From positions 1-40,013 of the forward strand of contig JBDTVN010000002.1 in NCBI GenBank assembly GCA_040007155.1: DNA of 40,013 nucleotides, written 5' to 3'. A program made the position numbers and the translations under genes. Below the pieces are notes generated by a model. That model saw only the letters and a program-made list of their open reading frames with translations. It had not been told where the DNA came from and searched no databases. This document shows, piece by piece, positions 1 through 12,547 of this stretch; within the stretch, counting starts at the first letter, position 1; each line of letters starts with the position of its first letter. The DNA comes from Chloroflexota bacterium (GTDB taxonomy: Bacteria > Chloroflexota > Limnocylindria > Limnocylindrales > CSP1-4).

Positions 1-1394
1 CCAACAACATCGTCCACGGCCACCTCGACATGACCGAGGAGTACACGCACAACCTCAACGTCCTCGAGCGCGTGCTGTACGACGGCAAGGGCTTCTGCCT
101 GCCGCTCAACGATCCACGCGGCCCGGACATCGACGCGCTGATCCCGAACGCGCGCTACAGCGCCGATTGCAAGCACTACATGCAGCACTCGCTTGGGCCG
201 GCAATGATGCTTGTGCCGCTCGTCCTGATCTTTGGCGATGCAATCAACCAGACGCTTATCTCGTGCCTGCTGGGCGGCCTGACAGCGGTCATCGTCTTTG
301 CGATCACGCGCCGCTTCAGCAGCGATCTGAAAACGCAGCTCGCCATGACGGTCATGGCGATGTTCGGAACCACGTTCTTCTACAGCGCCGCTGACGGCAG
401 CGTCTGGCACTTCGCCCACGTGACGTCGGTGATGTTCCTGTTCGCGGCGATCTGGGCGACGACCAACCGGCGCAACGCCCTGCTCGCCGGGATATTCATT
501 GGCGCAGCTTTCACATGCCGCCCGTCAGTCTTGATTGCGGGACTATTCCCGCTCGTGGCCCTGTCCGACCAATGGCTGAACCTCGCGCCCGGCGTGTCGC
601 TGCTGCGGCGCATCCGGTTACAACCATTGGTCCTGCTCGCGCTTGGCGTCGCTCCGTTCCTGGTGTTCACCGGCATCGTGAACTACCTGCGCTTCAACAA
701 CCCGTTCGAGACGGGCTACAGCCTGTCAGAGCAGATCTACCAGACCAATCTCGCGGGCGTCTACAGCCACGGCATCTTCGATATCTCGTACATCGCCCGC
801 CACATCCCGATCGTGTTCGAGCAGATGCCCATCTTCAGCGACCACGGTTCATATGTGTGGCCGTCATATGCCGGCACCGCGCTATGGGTTGTGTCGCCGG
901 CCCTGCTGCTTGCATTCTTCGTCCACCTGCGCCGCTACCGCCTCGCGGCAACCCTCGGCGCGGTGGCGCTCATCCTGGCCGCGGCGGTCATGTTCATCGC
1001 GGCCATCGGCCTGGATCTGCACCTGTCGACGTGGAGCACGGCGCAGTTGCCGCTCGGCCTGCACCTCTTACCGTTCTGGATCCTGATCGGCGTGGCAATT
1101 ACGCTCGCCGTTGGCCTGCGCGATCGGCTGGCCATTGCGTGTTGGGCGGCGATCGTCGTACTCGCTCTAGGTGACTGGATGTTCGCCGCGACTGGCTGGG
1201 CCCAATTCGGATATCGCTACGGGCTCGACTTCATGCCGTTCGTGTGGCTCCTGGCCGTGATGGCCGTGCCCAAGGCGCGCTGGTACCACCTGGTGCTGAT
1301 CGGCCTGGCGGTGCTGGTCAACCTGTGGGGCGTGCTGTGGGTGTTCAAGTTCGCGCCGGTCCAGCTCTTTGGCTGGCAGTGGACCGGCTGGTAA
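1..1394 (+). CDS. Polytopic integral membrane protein, probable GT-C-fold glycosyltransferase (ArnT/PMT-like); 5' end probably outside the window
   Basis: ORF 30..1394 stays open in the same frame back to base 3 (..NNIVHGHLD-MTEEY..), so the true start is probably upstream. It has many hydrophobic helices with loop regions. It ends 2 nt before a GT2 polyprenyl-phosphate-type glycosyltransferase, the usual donor-making partner of GT-C enzymes. The family call rests on architecture and context, not on a recognised catalytic motif. Confidence 0.55.
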   Translation, partial: NNIVHGHLDMTEEYTHNLNVLERVLYDGKGFCLPLNDPRGPDIDALIPNARYSADCKHYMQHSLGPAMMLVPLVLIFGDAINQTLISCLLGGLTAVIVFAITRRFSSDLKTQLAMTVMAMFGTTFFYSAADGSVWHFAHVTSVMFLFAAIWATTNRRNALLAGIFIGAAFTCRPSVLIAGLFPLVALSDQWLNLAPGVSLLRRIRLQPLVLLALGVAPFLVFTGIVNYLRFNNPFETGYSLSEQIYQTNLAGVYSHGIFDISYIARHIPIVFEQMPIFSDHGSYVWPSYAGTALWVVSPALLLAFFVHLRRYRLAATLGAVALILAAAVMFIAAIGLDLHLSTWSTAQLPLGLHLLPFWILIGVAITLAVGLRDRLAIACWAAIVVLALGDWMFAATGWAQFGYRYGLDFMPFVWLLAVMAVPKARWYHLVLIGLAVLVNLWGVLWVFKFAPVQLFGWQWTGW

Positions 1395-1396
1395 CG

Positions 1397-2590
1397 ATGG
1401 AGCTGACCATCCTGATGCCGTGTCTCAACGAGGCTGAGACGCTGGCCACGTGCATCCGCAAAGCGCGCAAGTTCCTGGCTGACAACAACATCGACGGCGA
1501 GGTCGTTGTTGCCGACAACGGCAGCACTGACGGCTCGCGCCAGATCGCGGCGAACGAAGGCGCGCGCGTCGTGCCCGTGGCTGCGCGCGGCTACGGAGCG
1601 GCGCTCCTCGGAGGCATCGCCGCCGCGCGTGGCACGTACACGATCATGGGCGACGCCGACGACTCGTACGACTTCAGCAACCTAATGCCGTTCCTGACAC
1701 AGCTGCGCACCGGCACGGACCTCGTCATGGGCAATCGGTTCAAAGGTGGCATCGCCGCCGGCGCGATGAAGGCGTCGCACAGGTATTTGGGCAACCCGGT
1801 GCTGTCGTGGCTTGGTCGTCTTTTCTTCCGCATCCCGATCGGCGACTTCCACTCTGGCCTGCGCGGCTTCAACACAGAACGCATGCGCAGTCTGGGACTG
1901 TCGACCATGGGCATGGAGTTCGCCAGCGAGATGGTCGTTCGATCGGCCTTGGCGAGCTACTCGATCACCGAGGTTCCGACCAGCCTGGCCAAGGATGGCC
2001 GATCCCGACCCCCTCATCTGCGCACCTGGCGCGACGGTTGGCGCCACCTGCGCTTCCTGCTGATCTACAGCCCGCGCTGGCTGTTCCTGTATCCGGGACT
2101 GGCTCTCTTCGCCGTGGGGCTCACTGGAGTCGTCCTCCTATTCCCGGGCGAGCTGCGGGTTGGCGCGAATGCCTTTGGTGTCCACACCTTTGTCGCGGCG
2201 TGCATGGTGCTGCTGATAGGCATCCAGGCGATCACGTTCGCCGCGATCGCCCGGCGCTACGCAACGGCGCGTGGCCTGCTGCCGCCGTCGGCGCGCTATT
2301 CGGGATTCCTGCGCAGCCTGACGCCGGAGCGACTGCTCGTCCTTGGACTGGTGCTCTTCGCGGTCGCGTTGATTGGCCTCATCTGGTCCGTGTGGCAGTG
2401 GGTCGCGGTCAACTTTGGGCCGCTCGACGACCAGCGCATCCTGCGCGTCCTTGTCCTGTCGTTTACTGGTCTCGCCGCGGCTGTGCAAGTGTGGCTGGCC
2501 GCGTTCCTGGCGAGCCTGATGGAGATCACGCAGGAGCCCATAGCGCCGCCCACCCAGGCTGCGCCAGAGGATACGAGCGCTGGGGAATAG
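1397..2590 (+). CDS. Glycosyltransferase family 2 with C-terminal membrane domain (ArnC/GtrB/DPM-synthase-like polyprenyl-phosphate glycosyltransferase)
   Basis: ATG at 1397 gives MELTILMPCLNEAETL.., the typical GT2 N-terminus. It has ADNGSTDGS, a DxD-type GDADDSYD motif, and about 4 hydrophobic helices at the C-terminus. The upstream part of track ORF 1244.. overlaps the preceding gene and is not needed. Confidence 0.85.
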   Translation: MELTILMPCLNEAETLATCIRKARKFLADNNIDGEVVVADNGSTDGSRQIAANEGARVVPVAARGYGAALLGGIAAARGTYTIMGDADDSYDFSNLMPFLTQLRTGTDLVMGNRFKGGIAAGAMKASHRYLGNPVLSWLGRLFFRIPIGDFHSGLRGFNTERMRSLGLSTMGMEFASEMVVRSALASYSITEVPTSLAKDGRSRPPHLRTWRDGWRHLRFLLIYSPRWLFLYPGLALFAVGLTGVVLLFPGELRVGANAFGVHTFVAACMVLLIGIQAITFAAIARRYATARGLLPPSARYSGFLRSLTPERLLVLGLVLFAVALIGLIWSVWQWVAVNFGPLDDQRILRVLVLSFTGLAAAVQVWLAAFLASLMEITQEPIAPPTQAAPEDTSAGE

Positions 2591-2723
2591 CCTGCCCACA
2601 GAGGAGTCGGCCCACCTCAAGCCGCTCGATCGCTGGTTACGCAACCGGCGCATCGCTCAGGTCAAGCGATTCATTCCGGAGGGATCGACCCTGCTCGACA
2701 TCGGCTCCGGCGACGGCCAATTC

Positions 2724-3164
2724 GTGCGCGGAATGATGGGCCATGTGAAGCACGCGGTCGGGATCGAGCCGAGCCTCACGCAGTCATTCCAGGGCCGCGG
2801 TTACAAGCTGATCGCCGGCCGATTTCCGGATGACCTGCCCGCCGGCAAGACGTTCGATGTGATCACGCTGCTGGCCGTCCTAGAGCATCTGCCACGCCAG
2901 GTCCAAGGCTGCTTGGGCGATGCTTTCGTCGCGTCGCTGAATACCGGCGGCCGCGTCGTCATCACGGTCCCGTCACCACGGGTCGACGACATCCTGCATC
3001 TGCTCTTGCGGCTCCGACTGATCGCCGGGATCGCGCTCCACGAGCACTACGGATTCAAACCGGCCGACACCTTGGGCCTGTTTCCGATGCCGCACTTCCG
3101 AGTCCTGCGACGCTCAACTTTTCAGTTGGGTCTGAACAACCTGTTCGTGTTCGAGCGGACCTAG
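2724..3164 (+). CDS. Class I SAM-dependent methyltransferase; minimal ORF, homology continues upstream
   Basis: Contains post-motif-I methyltransferase regions (FDVITLLAVLEHL, GGRVVITVP). The SAM-binding motif I (LLDIGSGDGQF) is encoded in the same frame at 2691-2723. That is upstream of the first canonical start (GTG 2724) and downstream of the in-frame stop at 2541. See findings. Confidence 0.75.
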   Translation: MRGMMGHVKHAVGIEPSLTQSFQGRGYKLIAGRFPDDLPAGKTFDVITLLAVLEHLPRQVQGCLGDAFVASLNTGGRVVITVPSPRVDDILHLLLRLRLIAGIALHEHYGFKPADTLGLFPMPHFRVLRRSTFQLGLNNLFVFERT

Positions 3165-3388
3165 GCCCAGAAGCCAGTGCCGTAGCCGACGAGTAGCAGG
3201 AAGAACGTAGTCACGGCAAGCACCAGCCAGAACGCGACGGCCATGCGGCTGCTCGTTGCGTGCTGCTCGGGGTTGTCGAGCGCGGCGGGCTTCCAGCGGC
3301 GCGAGACGAGGCGGCTGCGCCAGGTCCGGACTTCGACCGGATTGGGCTCGAGCCCGTTGGGCGTCGGCCTGTAAAGCTTGAGGCTCAT
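3161..3388 (-). CDS. Small tail-anchored membrane protein, hypothetical (75 aa)
   Basis: Its ATG overlaps the prs stop (TGATG at 3386-3390). Third codon positions are GC-rich like neighbouring genes. There is a single C-terminal hydrophobic helix (MAVAFWLVLAVTTFFLLLVGY). No family recognised. Confidence 0.5.
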   Translation of the reverse strand: MSLKLYRPTPNGLEPNPVEVRTWRSRLVSRRWKPAALDNPEQHATSSRMAVAFWLVLAVTTFFLLLVGYGTGFWA

Positions 3389-4469
3389 CAGGCACTCACC
3401 TTGGGCGCATCGACCTCAGCGTCCGCCTGACCACGCGGCCGATCATCGCCGCGCGGCGTCTCCTCGTCCCACATGATCATCTCCTGGACGAGGCCCATGT
3501 CGCTGCCGAACAGGGCGCCGACAGATTCTCCGCGGTGGATGCGCCTGACAGCCTCGCCGATGAGCGGCGCGACGCTGAGGACCTTGATCAGCGGCAGGTG
3601 CTTGGCGGCAGGCAGCGGGATCGTGTCGGTGATCACGATCTCCTTGATCTCGGAAGTGCGCAGGCGGTCGATCGCCGGGTCGGACAGCACGCCGTGCGTG
3701 GCGCACGCGTAGATGTCGGTCACTCCCTCGCGGATCAGGGCGCGTTCAATCTCCATCATTGTGCTCGCGGTGTCGATCTCGTCGTCGACGATGATCGCCC
3801 GCTTGCCCTTGACTTCACCGATGACGTTGAGCAACTCGGCCCGATCGAGGTTGCCCTGGCGACGCTTCTCGATGACGGCGAGCGGCGCCTCGAGTATTTC
3901 GGCGAAGGCCCGTGCGCGCTTGGCGAAGCCAAGGTCGGTCACGACGACGAGGTCATCGAGGTTGAGGCGCTTGAAGTAGTTCGACAGCATGTGCACCGCG
4001 GTCAGCTCATCGACCGGGATCGAGAAGAAGCCCTGGATCTGGCCTTGATGCAGATCCATCGTGAGTAATCTGTCGGCGCCGGCAACGCTGATCATGTCGG
4101 CGACGAGACGCGCCGTGATGGGTACGCGTGGCTGGTCCTTCTTGTCAGAGCGGCCGTAGGCGTAGTACGGGATAACGGCCGTAATTCGCCCGGCGCTGGC
4201 GCGCTTGAAGGCGTCGATCATGATCAGCAGCTCCATGATCGACTTCTGCACCGGGCGGCACGTGGGCTGGACGATGAACACGTCGCGGTCGCGCGCGTTG
4301 TCCTCGATCTTCACGAAGATGTTCTCGTTCGCGAACTCGAAGACTTCGGCATGACCCAGCTCACGCCCTAAATAGCGCGCGATCTTGCGCGCCAGTTCGG
4401 GGTTCGAGTTGCCTGTATAGAGGTCGTAGTTGTCGCTATAGACGCTCGCGGCCCGCCCGCCGAATGCGC

Positions 4470-4473
<4 letters not shown>
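3388..4473 (-). CDS. prs: Ribose-phosphate pyrophosphokinase (PRPP synthetase)
   Basis: [50 protein letters not shown] and the PRPP-binding loop [15 protein letters not shown] start overlaps the gyrA stop (GTGA). About 39 extra acidic residues at the C-terminus. Confidence 0.93.
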
Positions 4474-7030
<2,557 letters not shown>

Positions 7031-7034
<4 letters not shown>

Positions 7035-8023
7035 CGCCCGCCCTGCCCTGCGCCCTGGCGCACACCCTGTTGGGAGATCGCCGCGTCGGCGAGGCGCTCA
7101 TAGCCGACGAAGCCGCGTGCCGTTTCTGCCGCGCGGCTGGTTGCCGGCGCATGGCCGTCGCGACGGACACCCTCGAGCCGGGCCCGAATCTCGGCGGCGT
7201 ATGAGGCGTCGATGTGCGGTGCGGTCAAGGCGTCGCGCAGGACCCACGCCTTGTGGCCGTCGTTGGTCGTGTGCGCATCGACGGCCTGGGCGCGGATCAA
7301 TTCGACGACGCCGCGTTGATCGACGTCGGTCCATGAGCGCAACGCCCATGAAAGCGACTTCTGAACGTCCGGCTCGGCGTCGCCAAGCAGCGATTCGATA
7401 AGCGTCAAAGCGGGTGAATTGAGCAGGCGCGATCGATCGGGGCCCTTCAATTCGTACGGCAGACGAGCAATCGTGGCACCGACCAACCGCCTCTCCCACT
7501 TGCTGGCCGAGTACACCAACTGCTCCAGCTCAGCCCAGCGGTAGCTCTCGCGCAGGATGCCCGCGGCATAGAGCTCGGCCAGCGAGTCGACACTGATCCA
7601 TTCGTGCGCGGCGCGAGCCAGGCCACGCATCAGCTGCCATGTCCGCTCCGGGTCGTCGGGGAGCGAGCGCAGCAGGCAGGTGTGGGCAATGATCGTGAAC
7701 TCGCGCTCCGGCTCGGTCGCCAGGCGCTCAGCGAGCCAAAGTGCGCTAGCCGACGAGCCTTGCTTCAGCGCAGCCCTGACCTGGCGATTTAGCGCGGCGA
7801 GGAGCGGGTTGCGAACTCCGAAGATCGCACCGGCGCCGGGCGTGACGCGCGCCTGCTCCGTGGCGTAGGCATCATCGGCGAGGGCGGTCAGACCCTCGCG
7901 TACGACCTTGACGAATTCCTCGGGTTGATCGGTGAGCTCGGCCAATGCCTGGCCCAAACCACGGGCCTGCGGCAGACGCTCGGCAACGAGGGCCTGTGCG
8001 CGGGCTGTCACCTCGGACGGCAC
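7031..8023 (-). CDS. HEAT-repeat protein of the DNA alkylation repair (AlkD-like) family
   Basis: All-helical repeat protein with [10 protein letters not shown] (W-x3-D) and [12 protein letters not shown], resembling AlkD/PF08713 signature segments. Preferred start is GTG 8023, preceded by GGAGGGAGAGG (8027-8037 region). The longer track ORF to 8107 would overlap gyrB. The stop overlaps the gyrA ATG (ATGA 7031-7034). Confidence 0.7.
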
Positions 8024-8075
8024 TAGCCTCTCCCTCCGCGGCTGCTGCTGCTGCGCGCGTCCCTCGCTCCCACCC

Positions 8076-10902
<2,827 letters not shown>

Positions 10903-10906
<4 letters not shown>

Positions 10907-11706
10907 GCGCCCACCCAGGCCGGAGCCTCGCTGTTTGTGGCCGTGGGATGGCGCCGGAGCACTTCTTCGGCCAACGCCGCATACGCCTGGGCGCCGCGTG
11001 ACTCGGGGCTGTAGCGCAGGATCGGACGGCCGTAGGAGGGTGCCTCGGCGAGGCGAACTGAGCGTGGCACGATCGTCTCGTACACCGTTCCATTAAGGTG
11101 GCGACGGACCTCTGCGGCCACGTCGGCAGACAGTGTCGTGCGCGCGTCGTACATGGTCAGCAGCACGCCGGCGAGGCGCAGCCGCGGATTCAGGTTGTCG
11201 CGCACCAGGTCAATCGTCGCCAGGAGCTGACCGAGACCCTCCAGTGCGTAGTACTCGCACTGGATCGGCACCAGCACCGCGTCGGCGGCAGTCAGGGCGT
11301 TGACAGTCAAAAGACCGACCGCAGGCGGGCAATCGAGGATGATGAAGTCATACGCCTGGCGCAGCGGACGAAGTGCGGCCGACAACTTGCGCTCGCGCTG
11401 CGCTACCCCGACCAGTTCCACTTCTGCTCCGGCGAGATCCTGACCGGAGGGGATCAGGCCCAGGTTCTCGATTTGGGTCGGCTGGATGATCGAGGCCACG
11501 GTCGACGGATCCACGAGGGCCGGGTAGATCGAGCTCGCCGGCATCGACTTATCGAAGCCGAGCCCGCTCGTGGCGTTGCCTTGGGGATCGAGATCGACTA
11601 CGAGGACGCGCCGGCCCGCCAACGCGAGATACGCCGCCAGGTTGATGACCGTCGTGGTCTTGCCAACGCCGCCCTTTTGATTTGCGCAAGCGATGATGTC
11701 GCCCAC
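10903..11706 (-). CDS. parA: Chromosome partitioning ATPase ParA/Soj
   Basis: Deviant Walker A NQKGGVGKTTT, DLDPQGN, IILDCPP. GTG start gives the Soj-like N-terminus MGDIIACANQKGG. Confidence 0.93.
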
Positions 11707-11819
11707 TCAGCGGCCGAGGGAAGAGGCTGCATTCACGTCCGTTGATTCTATCTGAAAGGGCGGCGGGACCCATTGTTGCGGCGCTGCCTTCACGGGCGGT
11801 TTCGCGCCGCTTATCTCCT

Positions 11820-11835
11820 CGTTTCACGTGAAACA
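11820..11835. promoter_or_regulatory. parS centromere-like ParB binding site (perfect palindromic core)
   Basis: cGTTTCACGTGAAACa. The 14-nt core is identical to the canonical parS consensus tGTTTCACGTGAAACa. It lies about 115 bp upstream of the parA start. Confidence 0.8.
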
Positions 11836-11867
11836 AAGCGATCCGGCTCAAGCGTCAACTGAGAAGT

Positions 11868-11883
11868 CGTTTCACGTGGAAAC
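11868..11883. promoter_or_regulatory. Degenerate parS-like site
   Basis: cGTTTCACGTGGAAAc. The left half-site is perfect, the right half is shifted or mismatched (about 12-13/16 to the consensus or the Bacillus variant). It lies 48 bp from the perfect site. Confidence 0.5.
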
Positions 11884-11965
11884 GGTGGCGTTTGCACGCC
11901 GGCTGGGTTCACAGCGAGCGCGCCTATACTCGGCCGCACGAAGCGCAGTCATTTGCCCGCTGACA

Positions 11966-12529
11966 ATGCGCGGAGTTCGAAGTCCACCGCGATCGCCGCG
12001 CGGCCATCGCACACGCGGAGTCCAGTTCTTGACCATCCCTTTCGCGGCGCTATTCACATTGGTCGCGGCGCTCCTCGAAGCGACCGTGCTGCCTGAGATC
12101 CAGATCGCCGGCGCCACCGCAGATCTGGTCCTCGTCTGCGCCGTGAGCGCGACGATCGTGCTCGGCATCGAGGATGGTCTGGTGGCCGCGTTTTTAGGCG
12201 GATTGATGATCGATTTGCTCATTCCCGACCGACCCCTGGGTGCAGCCACGCTCACGCTCCTCCTCGTGCTCGGCATTGCAATGGTCGTGGCGCGGATCGG
12301 CGGGCCAAGCCGGCGCTGGCTAGCTGTTGCCATAACCGTCGTTTTGACGCCGCTGCTGCACGGGGCAATCGCTGTGATCCTGGTAGCAACTGAAGGCGTG
12401 CCGTTCGCGTTCTCGCTCGCGTCGGTGCTGGTCGCGGCCTTCATGAACGGCCTGTTGGCTATTCCTATTGCCACCATCTTTGGCGCGATCGAGCGACGCT
12501 TCGGCACGCCCGAGCGGGTCGACTGGTGA
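11966..12529 (+). CDS. mreD: Rod shape-determining protein MreD (start uncertain)
   Basis: Small, very hydrophobic multi-helix protein immediately upstream of PBP2 and RodA. ATG 11966 is the first ATG. TTG 12029, preceded by GGAG at 12017-12020, is an alternative. The track ORF from 11828 would read through the parS sites and is unlikely to be real. Confidence 0.65.
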   Translation: MRGVRSPPRSPRGHRTRGVQFLTIPFAALFTLVAALLEATVLPEIQIAGATADLVLVCAVSATIVLGIEDGLVAAFLGGLMIDLLIPDRPLGAATLTLLLVLGIAMVVARIGGPSRRWLAVAITVVLTPLLHGAIAVILVATEGVPFAFSLASVLVAAFMNGLLAIPIATIFGAIERRFGTPERVDW

Positions 12530-12547
12530 TCGGCGCGGAGCTGCCGA

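Noticed and set aside
11828-11965. 5' extensions of track ORFs: 1244-1396, 8024-8107, 11828-11965, 16148-16282, 21358-21720, 22563-22637, 24575-24610, 38542-38637.
   Set aside because: The extensions overlap upstream genes or regulatory DNA (the parS sites, for example) and are Arg/Pro-rich and non-homologous. In each case a downstream start reproduces the canonical family N-terminus, often with an SD or a 4-nt stop/start overlap.
11707-11965. Possible oriC in the parA / mreD divergent spacer.
   Set aside because: The strand switch and the parS sites are suggestive. However, there is no AT-rich unwinding element, the best DnaA-box match is only about 6/9, and dnaA/dnaN are not adjacent. Evidence is insufficient to annotate an origin.
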